Source: Gordius albopunctatus (lineage: Eukaryota). Taken from it: DNA of 64,000 nucleotides. The DNA lies in the NCBI GenBank assembly GCA_964276515.1, contig OZ193910.1:868001-932000 (forward strand). The letters are read 5' to 3'. Below, in pieces: positions 1-14,038 of this stretch; position 1 is the first letter of the stretch, and each line of letters begins with the position of its first letter. Under the pieces are notes generated by a model that ran no database searches, had not been told where the DNA came from, and worked only from the letters and a program-made list of their open reading frames with translations. The translations under genes and the position numbers were made by a program.

Positions 1-1281
1 CGCAGGAATGTGGCAACTTTAGAGGTATCAAGTTGACCTGCCACTCACTAAAACTACTAGAAAGGGTGCTAGTGAAAAGGCTCAATGACGAAGTTTGTCT
101 CTCGCCCAATCAGTTTGGATTTGTGGCCGGTAAATCAACGATGGACCCAATCTTTGCGTTTAAGCAGACGATGGAAAAATATGGCGACATAAGAAAGAAA
201 TTACACATGGTCTTCATCGATTTAGAAAAGGCCTACGATACGGTTCCGAGAGACTTAATATGGTGGTCCCTTAGAGCCAGAAATATACCCGAAGGATATG
301 TTCGACTTATCAAGGAAATGTATAATGGCGCGGTTGCATCAGTTAGGACTACCGTAGGAGTAACGAAACCCTTCCGAATAATGATCGGACTACATCAAGG
401 ATCAGCGTTAAGCCCATTCTTGTTTAATCTAATTATGGATACAATAACAAAGGACTTGCACAAGCCAGCCCCCTGGACTATGCTATATGCCGACGATATT
501 TTCCTATGCGATGAAACAAGAGAAGGGGTTTTTCATCAGGCGAAAAAATGGTCAGAACGTTTCTCGGAATTCGGGTTAAAGGTCAGCGAGAAGAAAACGG
601 TTTACATGCAAACGATGGGCGGTAGTCCGCAAATGCACAAAATTGACGGTCCAAGGTACACGGAGGTTGATAAGTTCACATATCTTGGCTCGCTATTACA
701 TCAAGAGGGAGGATGTACCGCCGAAGTCCATTCTCGGATCAAGAAAGCATGGCTCAAGTGGCGCAGCATCTCCGGTGTCATGTGTGACAAAAAGATACCA
801 ATTTGGTTGAAAAGCAAGGCGTACAAAACCATCGTGCGACCGGTCTTGCTTTACGGGAGCGAAACATGGGCTGTAACCAGCGCGGAGGAGAAACTCTTGC
901 AAGTCACGGAAATGAGAATGGTGCGATGGAGCTTAGGCTACACCAAGCTGGATCGCATGACGAACGAATCCTTGATGACAAAGATGGGTATACAAGCGAC
1001 GAAGGACTTCTTAAGAGAAAATCGACTGCGGTGGTACGGCCATGTATTACGAAGAGACGAAGACGATGTCACACGCCGAACGCTGGAGATGGACGTGCCT
1101 GGAAGAAGAGGAAGGGGCAGACCACGTGCCACCTGGAAACGACTGGTCGAAAAGGATATGGACGTCAAACAGATGGAAATTGGGATGGCATTCACACGAC
1201 TCAGATGGAAGAGGCTGCTGAAAACGTACCCCACGTCTGTGGGATTTTCAACACGATAAAAAGAAGAAGAAAGAAGAAGAT
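1..1281 (+). mobile_element. RTE-clade non-LTR retrotransposon, 3' part (RT domain and C-terminus), cut by the window edge; open frame to stop at 1259, then (AAG)n tail
   Basis: ORF 33-1259 has NQFGF, FIDLEKAYD, GLHQGSALSP, LYADD, FTYLGS and RLRWYGHVLRR...RGRGRP motifs typical of RTE RT; AAG-repeat tail 1257-1281. Confidence 0.93.
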
Positions 1282-1600
1282 CTTTTGTATGAAACGAGTG
1301 AAAAATATTTTTCATATTTTGGCCATGGCAATTTCAATTCATCTGCTGATTTTGAATATTCAGAATCTGAAGATGACGACGATATAATATTATGATTGTC
1401 CATATTAACCTATAAATTAAACTATAATTAATAATATCAAACTAATTAACTTTAATCTTATCTTCTTTTGCCCGTTATAGTATGTTAAAAGTATTTTGGA
1501 ATTGGTAATAGGAAACAGGAAAAACAGCTGATTAAAAAATATACTTTTTGTTAAAAATTTGGTATTGACATTAAATAAAAACAAAAAAGGGTTTTTAAAA

Positions 1601-1712
1601 TTGAACGAACGTTAAATTTGAACGCGTTCATCAAAAAAGGAATGCGTTCACGTTCAAAGTTCACCAAAAAATAAAAGGACGCCGTTCATGAACGCGTTCA
1701 CTTACAGCACTA
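1601..1712. repeat. Terminal part of a probable non-autonomous DNA transposon with repeated GAACGCGTTCA palindromic motifs
   Basis: Several copies of TGAACGCGTTCA-like subterminal palindromes ending in ...CTTACAGCACTA; partner end not seen. Confidence 0.4.
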
Positions 1713-3332
1713 ATTTATACTAAAAATAGATGGAATCATATTTAAATAGTATTTTTTGATCGAATGATTAAGTTACCTTATCGTCTACGATTATAACCTA
1801 CTAGCAACCTTTGAATCTTCACACTAGGAAAATGTGAAAATTTTCCTTTTTTAAACATTGCCATTTTCTCGACTACTTCAACACTTTTAGTCGAAAATTC
1901 GCGATTTTAATTATTTTTATTTATTTTTGAATTAATTGAAATAGTCGCTATAAGACTTGTTTAAATTTTTAATCAACTAGATTTGATAATGAAAAGGTTA
2001 TGAGAGGAGTGGTAAGCATTGGACACAGCGCCAAAATTTGATAAAAAACCGTCTTGAACGTTGCTTTTGGCTTCATTTATGTTGCTGTGTCGCACAATTT
2101 AGCCTTAATCATAAATGTGATGAAATGACCTAATTTCGTAAAACTTTTTATGCGCTCAATGGGCAATAATATGACAAGTCCTCGCTGTCAACCGGAAGAA
2201 AACTTGAATCAAGAGAGGTTTTTAGATGGGACCAAAAGTCTTTGGTCAAATCTTAGCTTCCATCACAATGCGCGTTTACTCTTCGCTACGCTATATATAT
2301 TGATGAATCTTTTATTTTATTCATTCATATTATATAAATCTCTACTATGTATATATGTGTGTGTATGTATAAGCTTAAATATGTCCATACACGTATATTA
2401 ACTAACAGTATAAAATGTAAGAAGCGCCAATGTAAAAGTATTTGTTACAATCGAAAGGCATGGTAATAATACAGGGGCTTTAGCGTATGGTGTTTGCATT
2501 ATTTTACATCTTTGAACCATAGATGAAGTGTTAAAATAGATGGTTATTTGGGGACTTAAAAGAGGTGATGAGAAAAATAACCAAAGGCGAGTTATAAAAC
2601 ACGGATTAAATATTTTTTGAATAATAACAATAATATCAATTGGGTAGTATAGTTGGATACGAATTTACAATGGGTGGGGAATTGGATGGGACGGAACGTA
2701 ATAAGAAAACGAAAGGAATGTGATTTAAAAGGCTTTTAACCAACTTTGGTTCGACGTTCTTGGTGTAAATTGATTTGGTATATGGATGAAGCTTTATCAG
2801 TGCTTAGGCTATTAGCCTCGGGGTTATATAACATAAATGCATAGTATAGTAATGATAATACTGATCGTTATAATTTGGGATAATTAAATAGATTAAATAA
2901 TGTAATAAAATGCCTTTAAAATGTTACTTATAAATCAAATGTAGACATATAAAGGCATACCCGGCGATATAATGCATCATTGTTAATAAATGCTATCGTA
3001 ATGATTTACTGTGATTTAAGAATTAAATAAGGCCACGATAAACAAGTTTTTGCATTGATTCGATTAATATCTGAGGTATCCATATAAATAGATAAACAAA
3101 GTTAGTCCTAATGGGCACTGAAATATTTGGTTGCCAGGGATGGAATGGTTAAAATGGCGACATAAAGGGGAATCGACTATCAAACTTTGCAACCTTCGTA
3201 ATTCTTAGATGGGAGGCAGAGATTCGTAGGTCATTCGGAACTTGTCTTATCTACTCAATACGCTTTTGAGAATCGGAGAATTATTGCATAGGTTATAGTA
3301 TGGGCTAAAGGCATTCTTATCGGCTAATCTTA

Positions 3333-6152
3333 TTAACATAGTCCATCGTGATGATTGCTGTGTCCGGTGCTCAAAGTTGAGTTGTTGACGGATATAGCTT
3401 TGGGTATATTAAACATTTCGGCGAAGAGAGGAGGTAGATTTAGCCTTTGCCATCTTTGTCTATACCATTGCATAGATTCATCATGACGACGTCCTAATGC
3501 CTGTAGTTCTGGGATCGTGGCTACCATATTGGAAAATAGATGTGGCTCCGAGCCGTGATTCCGACTCATTTGAAACCTGAGAGCATCTATTAAACGTTCG
3601 CGGATATCGGAGATTCTTTTAAAATCATAGCAATAAGCGTTGCTGCACCCAGAAACAACACCGGGTTCTCGTTTACCTACGGCAGATGCTAAAAGTATAA
3701 CAGCAGTGAAAAGACCTATTTCAGTATCGTTCACATTTAGAGCATTAAATGTCACGCTAAAACTATGGATGGCGTTAACTAAATCTTGCCCGTATAATAA
3801 CGCCATATGATCTCGGCTGATGTACGTCCCGTCTCCAAGGTTGAGATTACAATCGACGGGATTCAGCATACGAGCAAGGCGAACCAACCAGACTTGAAAG
3901 AAACCAGATTTCACCAAAACGAGTTGGTCGTCTTGCAAAAGATCTCCGAATCCTGGAATCCTTTTAGCGAATTCTACAACTCTCTGAATTGCCGGAGTTA
4001 CTATAGCGATTGCGTATTGTTCGCATAAAAAAACGCGCCACGCCTCTACTTGGCTCGCTTCGACTGCTCCCAAGCTAAAGGCGTTGGGAAGTGGGGATAG
4101 CGCCAAATCTACAGGCTTCCTCATTCCCATACCATTCCCCTTATGCGAGGCGGGTGGCATGATTTTATCGTCTGTGTAGGAGCAGGTGGAATGGTGTGCC
4201 TGTGAAATTGTTAAGATAATGTCGTATACACCAACGTGACTGACGTCATTTGTCGTTGACGATTGGGCAGTTTTAACAGGGCCTAAATGTGTGCTAGATG
4301 ACCTATGGGAATTATCCTTTGAATTTCCTGTAGTTGAAGCAGCTTGATTTGAATTTAACGAGGAATTAGCATTGGATGAGCTGTGGTTAAAAGTTGTACA
4401 TGCTATTTGATCCATTGGACTTAAGTCCGATTCAGCTGGCGTCTCGTTTCCGTTGTTATGAATTTGTTGGAGTTGTTGCTGCTGATTAAGTCTCCTAATT
4501 TCTTCTTCAGCTTTCTCTCTACACCGTTTAGGGACACGACCGTATCGCACAGCGTCACGCGACATCCCGACGGCTAGACATTTTTTAAACCTACAATATT
4601 GGCACCGGTTCCGATTGAGTCTAACTATGGAACATTTTCCCTCCCTCAAGCATCTATACTCAATTTGTTTTTGTATGCTACGACGAAAAAATCCTTTACA
4701 ACCTTCGCAAGAGGTTACACCATAGTGGTACCCCGAAGCGCGATCGCCGCAAACTTTACACGGTACGAATGGTTGTTTGGGACTATTGCTGTCTGCCGCA
4801 GTGACCAAATGCCTCTCAAGCATCGTAATGGCTACGGGTTGAGATGTCGAAGTGGAACAAGAATTGGATGAAAAGGATTGCGAGATGGTTAGTGTCGCGT
4901 CGGGGGGAAACTTATCCAATCCTTTTGCCGTGAAAGACGGCATTAAACCATTTTCTTGATTTTGCGAAGAAATAGATTTTCCTTTGTCGGTGCGACCACC
5001 TTGTAGGTCATCAGCTACTAGGCTACTCTTATGAACTTTGTCAACAATATCGTTGGCGGAGTTATCGTTGTAATAGTAACCCGAATTTTCTAGGGGTGAT
5101 GATAGGGGAGATGGAAAAATAGCCATTGATTGAGCAGGGCTTTGATGTATAGACATACGGCTACCGTCGAGTGATGGCTGTCTCGATACTGAAGATTGGG
5201 CAGAGGAACGGCCTTTTGATCCCTTGTTATTACCATTCTTGGGTGAATCGGTTGAGTTCGAAGCCATAATGCCATTTGGCTCGTTTGAGGCATACCTAGA
5301 CCGGTTATCGCCAAAGCCCTTCTTACCTTTCTTTTCTATATGAAATAGAGGAGCTTGTTTAGATTCAGGTCCGTTAAGAGAATTATGAGCGTGGTACGTA
5401 CCATCTAAATCATATCTTTGACCGTTCGCGCTGTTACCATTACTAACTAAGGTATGGTAGGAGGATGTTTGGTCATGGGTCGATCGGATCTGTTCAACGT
5501 CGTATAAATCAGTCATAACGTATCCCAAAGGATTTTGTGAGGAATGAGGCTCGTCTAATCCATTGATCGGTGGGATCGTCATGAAATCCGAAGTTCCGTG
5601 ATAAATTTGGGAATGCTGCTGATTGTAATAGTCGGACGTGAGACCGGCGATGTTATTTCCGTTGACTATGACCGAATGATGTTCGCTAAAACTACTTAGG
5701 TCTGGGGTGGTAAGGTGATGGTCGTTGGGGTTACTTTGAGTGTATGAATCGATAAATAAGTTTCCATCATTTTTATAGGACGCCGGTTGATGGGTTGTCG
5801 ATAACATGTGCTGTTCGTCCGATTTTATGATGCCCAACGTGTCAAGGTATTGCTGCATCATGTGATTAGAATCGAGGAGCTCTCCGACGCCAAAGGTTGT
5901 ATCATCTCCACCACAGTTCGAGCCCTCGGATAGAAGCATATTCATATTTAAGACCCCGCCGCACGATTCTTGCGATATATCGTTTAGGAATGTATGATGA
6001 TTTGATTCTCCAGCTCCCCTTGAACCAGAGCGTTCTCCCATAAAACCATTAAGTGAAGCTCCAACTTTAGTTCCGATTTCATTTTCCGCACGAAAAGAAT
6101 CGTTGCAAGATGAAGGATTTGATAAACCGTTTTGGTAGCTACTATCAGTCAT
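3333..6152 (-). CDS. E78: Nuclear hormone receptor of the E78 (NR1E, Eip78C-like) group; single coding exon, 939 aa
   Basis: C4 zinc-finger [46 protein letters not shown]...[30 protein letters not shown] matches the E78 DBD as I recall it; LBD motif [11 protein letters not shown]...DDQLVLVK and C-terminal LPPLFAEMF. Confidence 0.9.
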   Translation of the reverse strand: MTDSSYQNGLSNPSSCNDSFRAENEIGTKVGASLNGFMGERSGSRGAGESNHHTFLNDISQESCGGVLNMNMLLSEGSNCGGDDTTFGVGELLDSNHMMQQYLDTLGIIKSDEQHMLSTTHQPASYKNDGNLFIDSYTQSNPNDHHLTTPDLSSFSEHHSVIVNGNNIAGLTSDYYNQQHSQIYHGTSDFMTIPPINGLDEPHSSQNPLGYVMTDLYDVEQIRSTHDQTSSYHTLVSNGNSANGQRYDLDGTYHAHNSLNGPESKQAPLFHIEKKGKKGFGDNRSRYASNEPNGIMASNSTDSPKNGNNKGSKGRSSAQSSVSRQPSLDGSRMSIHQSPAQSMAIFPSPLSSPLENSGYYYNDNSANDIVDKVHKSSLVADDLQGGRTDKGKSISSQNQENGLMPSFTAKGLDKFPPDATLTISQSFSSNSCSTSTSQPVAITMLERHLVTAADSNSPKQPFVPCKVCGDRASGYHYGVTSCEGCKGFFRRSIQKQIEYRCLREGKCSIVRLNRNRCQYCRFKKCLAVGMSRDAVRYGRVPKRCREKAEEEIRRLNQQQQLQQIHNNGNETPAESDLSPMDQIACTTFNHSSSNANSSLNSNQAASTTGNSKDNSHRSSSTHLGPVKTAQSSTTNDVSHVGVYDIILTISQAHHSTCSYTDDKIMPPASHKGNGMGMRKPVDLALSPLPNAFSLGAVEASQVEAWRVFLCEQYAIAIVTPAIQRVVEFAKRIPGFGDLLQDDQLVLVKSGFFQVWLVRLARMLNPVDCNLNLGDGTYISRDHMALLYGQDLVNAIHSFSVTFNALNVNDTEIGLFTAVILLASAVGKREPGVVSGCSNAYCYDFKRISDIRERLIDALRFQMSRNHGSEPHLFSNMVATIPELQALGRRHDESMQWYRQRWQRLNLPPLFAEMFNIPKAISVNNSTLSTGHSNHHDGLC

Positions 6153-6694
6153 GACTGTTCAAAGGGCACAACGCTATCATTCTAACTGAGTTTGCAATAA
6201 GGTGAGGTGTAGCGGAATTATTAGGTGAGCTTTGTACTCATGTTTGTGTGTGTGTGTATCTGCGCATTAAATAGAAATCGTTTGATTACTTAAACAAAAA
6301 ATTGAAACATTTTATAAATGTGACTTAATGAACGTGGGCTTAATCATATATTGGAACATGCAACATTTCATAAGCCATTCAAATTTGGAAATAAAAATGT
6401 TTGCATAAATTTTATTAAAAAGCAAATATAGGGTTAAACGAATGCAATGTTTGAATGGCAATATTTTTTAGAAGTGATTGACACTGCACCATTGTTGTTT
6501 AACGAAATTTTAATCAAATAATTTAATCTTCTATCGTCTCAGACAAGCTAATTACAAAAAGATGATGAAAGTGTCGGTGAAAGTCTTATATATTTTAATA
6601 TTTACTAAAAATTAGAAAAAGAAATAGTTTTTATGGATCAAACCCTTATATAAATGTCTAGACTAAAAAAAGTATACACTTTTTTCATCTAGCC

Positions 6695-6839
6695 TATGGG
6701 CGTAGCTGCCAATAGAATTGCGGGGGGGGGGGGCAAAATGAACATTTTTTGAAATTTTGGCTATAATTTTAATAAATTTTAAATATTTTTTTGGATTTAG
6801 AGTGGGGCAGCCGCCCCTCCCCTCTTGGCTAAGCGCATG
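6695..6839. mobile_element. Short MITE family with (C)ATGGGCGTAGC...GCTACGCCCATG-like ends and internal G/C runs; further copies ~13737-13870, 25980-26147, 47669-47776, 48107-48262, partial 52790-52859
   Basis: Shared ends and internal TTTTTGGATTTAGAGGGGGCAGCTGCCC core; copy 25980-26147 is flanked by near-identical 8-mers GCAGTATA/GCAGTTTA (hAT-like TSD). Confidence 0.7.
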
Positions 6840-8111
6840 GATTCTAAAAAAGTATGTACATTTTTTCAACTTGCCTGACTATTTTAAGAATATGAAACAT
6901 CCTTCAAAGACTCGGAGAATTCTCATAAATCCTGGAAAAGTAGCTAGTTTCTCATCCTACTAAAGAAGAATTATTAATTAGATAACGCGCCTACGATAAA
7001 ATTGTCATGCAGGCGTAATATGAACTCTGTAAAGATACCCCTTTTATCCCTTCCCTTTATCTCAAAACCTACAAATTTCTATACAGGCAGAGTGGGCTTC
7101 TCCCTTTAAATCCTAAATTTTGTTTAGATTTATTAAGGTATGGCTAAAATTAAAGGGAAAAAAATATATTTCTTCCAATTTCGTTAAAGTCGTACAAAAG
7201 TTTTAAGGTGGTATAAAAGTTCTAAATAACTTCATCAATATTTTTAGGATATATTATATATATATATAATTGTATAGATAGAGTATTAATAAAAAAATGA
7301 ATTTATCAAAGGGTTCGAGTGCTTTAATACAATAGAGGAATCTTTTGTAAAAAAGCTAAAGCATTGGAGTGTCAAGTGACGACAATCATATAAATCTGTT
7401 GTAGGAGAGGGAGGTAGTAAGGAAGGGTTATTGACATTCCCTGCTGTATATACATATGTTGTAAAAAGAAGTTAGAAAATCATTCATTCATTCAACGTAG
7501 TTTTTCCTGGATATGAGGCCCCAGGGTTATTTCATTGCATAGTAGGGTGATGTTAGCAGCATGAAACTTTACAATCGGTAGGTTTATAAAGAACTTTATC
7601 AAATTTCAGTTATATGCATAAAAGGAGGAGGTAAAAGGGGGAAATATGTTTTAATTTTTACGGTAAAAAAATACATATTTTGTAAAGATAAATAAAATAA
7701 ATAAAGTTTTATAAATATTTGGAAAACATTCTAATATTGCCATTCACTATTTCCGAAAATTCCATGTTGGTTGTTTTATAAAAAAGATTCGCGATTATTG
7801 TGAGAGTGATTGTCGCAATGGGACAGAAAATTTTTGCATTGTTAAGTTCCGAGTATTTTAAAATTTTAAATGCCTCGACTAAAGAGAGAGAGAGAGACGA
7901 TCTCTGTTTTGATTAGATGGGGCAAATTATTAAGGATTTATAAATTTGATTACTTGTTAATCATACTGCTAGTTCAAGTTTATACCTAATTTGCTAAAAT
8001 AAGTGTGCAGTTTAATAATTAATTTAAAATAATTTCAAATTTTTTGTTGTATATACTAGGGGAAACAACTATTTATTTTTTGGTAAATTGTTTCTTTAAA
8101 ACATTTCAAGT

Positions 8112-8193
8112 TTTTTATAGCAATTTCGCAAGGGGGAGGATTATGACAAAGACTTTTATAGCAATTTCGCAAGGGGAGAATTATGACAAAGAC
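8112..8193. repeat. Tandem duplication of a ~42-bp unit
   Basis: TTTTATAGCAATTTCGCAAGGGG(G)AG(G/A)ATTATGACAAAGAC occurs twice back to back. Confidence 0.85.
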
Positions 8194-8754
8194 AATAGGG
8201 TACAAAGCCCTACCACCCCAGGGCGCTTTCCCCACCCCTAAAGGGCCAATTAAATCATTCGTTCATACGAGGGAAAACATTTTTTCCGCGTATGCGCGCG
8301 CAACGGGGTACACGCACTTTATGTGACCGCGTAACAGCCTGATCCTGATACCGATGATTGACAGCTCTTCGAATAACGTCGACGAAACGTATAAAGCTTA
8401 TAAATTTCTAATTATTTACTTGAACCTAAACTAAATTTCAGTGATACCACGTGAGTAACAACTGCTATACACGCGATTTAAAGCACGTGACAATCGTCGG
8501 CGAATTTCTTTGAGGTGTAATAAGTATGACATTGTACTACCATCACAACTAAATTGTTTCAAAACTTAATGGCTTTAAACATTAACCCCTTTTTAAAGTT
8601 TCAAAATTGGGGATTTTAATGTAAGAAAAGTCAAAATTCCGGAATTTTATTTTTTTTTTTACAAATCTTATAGTTTTAAGTGGACGGATAAATTACATAT
8701 AATTTTTTTGAAATTTATGGAATTAATTAAAAAAATATATTTTTATTCAAAATC

Positions 8755-8835
8755 ATCCGGTGAAGATGGAAGAAACTTATCAAAACAAACCCCACCAATG
8801 TTGGACCAAATAACTGATAAAGAAGAAGAAGAAGA
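8755..8835 (+). mobile_element. Extremely 5'-truncated RTE 3' end with (AAG)n tail
   Basis: AGATGGAAGAAACTTATCAAAACAAACCCCAC resembles the 3' ends at 1204-1234 and 55026-55056 and is followed by AAGAAGAAGAAGA. Confidence 0.7.
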
Positions 8836-9596
8836 TTGTTATTCAAAATAAATTTTGTATTTTGATTGCAAACTTTAAATTTTATATTTAATGTATATTG
8901 CCATTTGATCATTTAATTTGCACACCATAAGTTTATTTCTGAATTAAGTTAAAATTTGTAATTTTAAATAGTTTTTATATATTTTTCAAAAAAAACTTCA
9001 AATAAAAAATTAAAATTATTGAAAACCTCTTCTTTATTTATAAAAATGAAATCTTTCTGCTGTAAGTCTAATAACCATAACAATTATTCTTATAATGGGC
9101 ACAGTCAAAGGGGGCAAAAATATTTGAGGATAGAAAAAAAATGATATTTTTTAATAAAAATATCGGCTACATTTAAAACCTAAGAGATTTTTAAACAAAA
9201 AATAGATTATAGGGGTAGAACTTGAGTTTGAATTTTATAATTTATAAAAAGAGGTAAATCATGCTTAAAAAACATCTTTTAAATTGCTATTCTGGAGGGG
9301 GGGTGATGAGGACCACTTGCCCCCCCCCTGCTAAATTTTGAAAAAATCCTCAAATCCTTAATAGAAAAACCAAATTCTCATAATGTAATAATAATGCTAT
9401 TAAATCTGCCGCTCAAATAGTGATAGACATGCCTGAAAATCTTCAGCAAACAAAATATATAAAAAAAATTTGAGGAATTTTGATAAAACAGCGATAATTA
9501 TAATGAAATAATAGAAATTTAACTTAATTTTAATCATTTTTTCCTGTAATTTTATCATTTTAACAAATGTAACTTTGTTTTAATGAACTTAATCTA

Positions 9597-10374
9597 GGGG
9601 AGACCGAGGCTACTTAAGCCATAAAAAATTAAATCGCGTTTAAAAAAAAACTAAAAATCCAAAAAAATTTGAAAATTTCCTTTCTATTGACGTTTTCACT
9701 TCTTATTAGTGTATGCTAACTCAAATCAATAAAAATATTGTTTTATTATAAAAAACGTAGAAAATGCGAATGTAATATAATTATTTTTTTTATAAAACAA
9801 ATAAAACTTAGGAACACTTAAGAGACGGATTTAGCAATGGGAAATAACTTTTCTTCGTTTTGTAATGTATAATCATAGTCTATTTCTATTCCAAATAATA
9901 CTAAGTTAGATTATTAAACAATATTTTTTGTTTTTTAAATCTTGTCATTTGTAAGACACTATGAAAAATGGGCAGCAATAGCCCCTCCGACTAGCCCCGA
10001 CCCATATTTTCATAAACAATCAATAATTTAAGATGTTATATTGTATATAAAAATTTAATAATTGGACGGTTTTTATATAAAAAATCTCCCTTTACATATA
10101 AGATAAAAGTTAGATCCATCAAAAATATTCAGCCCAAAAAATTTTATGTGCAAAATAAAAATATTTGTCAAGGCTACTAATAGCCCCAAAAAATCGTTTT
10201 TTCTTCTATAAAAATTTTAAATTTTATTTTTTCCGAACAAAAAAAATTTCTTACTTATGCCTTATGGAAAAATACACGTATGGTTAAAATTTTGATTTAA
10301 TATCATTATTATTTGAAAAAATAATTAGAAAGATAATAGTAACCCCGCGGGCTACGACTAGCCCCGGTCTCCCC
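9597..10374. mobile_element. Non-autonomous DNA transposon with GGGGAGACCG(A/G)GGCTA terminal inverted repeats, TA at the left end
   Basis: Left TAGGGGAGACCGAGGCTA and right TAGCCCCGGTCTCCCC; internal sequence colinear with the copy at 14817-15739. Confidence 0.8.
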
Positions 10375-12797
10375 TCCTATAAATAGCGCTTTTACAATTA
10401 GTTTTATAATTAGAAGATAAATTAAATTTATTTTTGAACTCATGATAATTGCTATGCTATTTATGGCATCATTTTTGGCTCTCCGTCCCTCCTGTCCAAC
10501 TCGTATTTTTTGCAATAATTCCCGCGGAGAATTACAAGGGTTTTTAATGGGTGTGGGTGGGGAATCCTGCTTCTGTAAAAGACGCTTATTTTGCTTTGGC
10601 TCATATTAACTACCTAATGACCGTTGGTTGGCCTTAATTTTTTCGACCTCGACCGAGCCCAAATGTACCCGATTGATTGATTACCTTAATATATAAAATT
10701 CTTTTTCCTTGTGGCAACTAGTCTAACTTATTTATATTTAATCCCAATTTTATCTTCAATGGGATTTTATTCAAAAATTTCCCACGTTTTTGAATAAATA
10801 TCTACCTCCTCTTAAATTGATATATCTTTATTTTTAGATTTTAAGTTATAAAGATTGTCAAATAGAAGATTAGCTCTTTTTCAAACCAATATTAAATTAA
10901 AAAGTCTAAAGTTGAACCAAAGGTGTTAAAGGGGCATCTGCCCCCCCCCTCTTATTTTTTACAAAAATATTTATTATTTTAATAAAAAAATGATTCAAAA
11001 TTGCAAAAAAACATTACCATTTTGCTACTCCTTATTTAAATCAACACTTGGCTCATAGGTCCGTGGGAAAATAAACGATGATTTAAAACTTGCTTAAATT
11101 ATATAATCTCGTTGAAAAGTTGATTAAAAATTTAAATTTTTACATATATTAATGAATAAAAATTATTCATAATTCCTAAATAATAGTATATATTTTTAGG
11201 AAAAGCTCGAACTCACACCTCAATTTAGCTGCGTTTAGTCCTTACAATAAAAATGTTTTTATAGAAAGTAAGATCTGATCTATGATCCAAGATTATTATA
11301 GATTCAGTTGTGAAAATTCTTTTAAGAATATTGTAAAATTTATGCAGAAAACGACTTTCTAATTAAAAACACTTAAAATAAATCATATATTGTATCAAAA
11401 CGCTGTAAATCTAATAAACACCTGTTTAATAAAATTAAACTTATAAGTGTTAAGAGTAGGTATTGGCAAACCTTAAATTAAAATTAATTTAAAACCATTC
11501 ATATAAAAGGTCAAGAACACCTTGCATATTAAATTTTTCTATGAATTCATATTATTTGATCTTTAGTCCATAACCCGCAACTTAAAATTTTGCAGAAATC
11601 AAATTTTTAAATAAATATACAAATTCCTATATAAAAAAATATAAAATTAATTTAAATGGAAAAAAATCCTTTAAATAAAATGGCGATGTTGGTTTTTAAA
11701 ATTTTATTTATAAAATCCTTAAAAATAAATGTAGAAAATAAATAAAACAATTTAATATAGAAAAATACGAGTGGAAATATTAAAATAAATGTTACCCAAA
11801 CCCAGATGAATAACCTCTCGGGGCAGAAATGTCCTTTCAAATTTTCTTTGATTTATTGAAAATAAAATTTGTTATTAAATTAAGGTCGCATAAATTAGGA
11901 TATCGAATTAAACCATTTTTCTATTCCGTTTTTCATTTTTCTTTCACATTTTTTTGCCTTTCAGAAGCCCGTTATTTGAATTTTCTAACGCGACGCATTT
12001 TTATAATTGTAAGAGAGGAAGGGATATATAAAGGTGTGCTGTTTGGCTAACACTATTTTATTTGATAATACAAGGGGGGGGGGGCATATGTAAGCGCTAG
12101 GAAAATACCTGAAATCTTTTCATTAAGGTTGTATACCCCGGGAACTCTTACCCTCCCCTTGCTTCCTTGTTTTTTTTACTTTATGATTTTAAGTCTTTGG
12201 GTTCGCTACTTTTATGCTTTTCGAAAAAGAATGCACACATGTGGATTAATATGGCACAACATCCTCTTATCAATCCATATTTTTTGTGCCAAGTTTTTTT
12301 TGCTAACTATGCAAAGTTTTATAACGTTTTGTTATTTTGGGCTTTTTAATGAGTAAATTACTTGAATGTCTATTTTGGATCTAGTAAAAGACTCGCCAAT
12401 ATTTTTTGAGGCAATATGCATCATAGCATTGTTAAGCTTATTTAACGAAACTTATCACATAAAATGGTTTGAAAAGGAGTTGGAATATTTTAAAATTACC
12501 CCACATATTCCTTAATAAATTAAAGCATTTTAAAATAAAAAAGAAGATTTAGAAAATTAATTTTTTTCAAATCGCCGCATCCTAAAGAAATAAAAACCGT
12601 TTTCATCTTGAAATCTACACGTTCACAAATCTTCTCTCTATCTCCATTTCTTTTTTTTCCTACTTCTTTCTATATAAAACTCCTCAGGGCTTTCTTTCTA
12701 CATTTTATTTACTACAACTACTACATACACATACCATTTGACAGGTAAAAAAATAGCAGGTCATCAACCCTCAGTGTCACCTAGAGCAAAGGCCCGC

Positions 12798-12910
12798 CCC
12801 TTCTCCTCCTGTGTGACAATATTTCATCAGGGGGTACCCTTTACCCCCCCCCCCCTTCTCCTCCTGTGTGACAATATTTCATCAGGGGGTACCCTTTACC
12901 CCCCCCCCCT
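12798..12910. repeat. Tandem duplication of a ~56-bp unit
   Basis: CCCTTCTCCTCCTGTGTGACAATATTTCATCAGGGGGTACCCTTT(T)ACCCCCCCC present twice. Confidence 0.9.
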
Positions 12911-14038
12911 TATATACCGATGAGAAACTTCAAAGAAAGCACATATTAAATTTTGTTGTATAACTGACCCCCCTTGGATCAAATTAAATTTAGTTATTAG
13001 GTATTATATAAATTTGCTCATAAAATAGCGTGCATATGACAATTTAATAATCTTACAAAATTATTAGTAAGTTTTATTTTTTTGCTTTTAAATCATGCAT
13101 TGGTGAAACAAGGATTCAATAGTTGATGGGTAGAACCCTGCGCCGGCCACCCGAGGTCTCGGGTGCGACCCGGGGCCGAACCCTAGCCAACAGACCTTCT
13201 ATAAAATGTCATTTAAATAAACCCCACTCTTCAATTAGGGGGGAGGGGGGCAAAATCATTTAGGGATCCCCCCCGGCTACGCGCATGTAAAGATATAATA
13301 TGTATTAATTTAATTTTGAAAAGAGGTGCGCGGACGCAAGCCCTCATTGAAACTCATAAATTAGACGTCCGATCTAAAATCGCTAAGGAAGAACCGCCTT
13401 CTTGATCGCGGGTAAACTTCAACGCGCTGTAATGTCTATGAAAAAATTCAATTTCTAATTCTCTATTATATAGGTAGATATTTTGTACAGAATATAGTTT
13501 TGGAACTTCTAGAAAGTAGAATTATATCTAATTTTACACTTTACAATTAGAATTTAATTAAAATTCATTTTTCCGCTAGATGTCGTAATAAAACAAGAAA
13601 TAAATTGCAATTTAATCATGCTTTTTAGCAAAACTGAACCTTTTTATGTCACAATTCGTGATAATAAAAGTATCTAATACCATTTTAAAGCTTTATATCA
13701 AAGTTTTATATAAATAATTTGATTTATAAGACAGCCCATAGGCGTAAAGGGGGGGGGGGCAAGGAAGGGCAGCTGCCCCCTCTAAATCCAAAAATTTGTT
13801 AAAATTTGAAAAAATTATCATTTTGCCCCTCTTTAAATGATTATTGCCCCCCCTACTTTCAATACTGGTAACGAGTTAAACGTAGGAATTTTGTTAACAT
13901 AATTTACTTAGAGTTGGTTAATAGGGAAAGAAGCATGCGTGAAAAACTCCACAGATTCACTGATGATTTACTTTCAAAATAACAATCCCAAACAATAAAT
14001 TAATTTCAAATATTTTGGCTCTGAAGTTATACAAAGTA

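Noticed and set aside
696..1387. Overlapping ORFs 696-902, 803-1387 and 938-1315
   Set aside because: Alternative-frame or antisense shadows of the RTE RT
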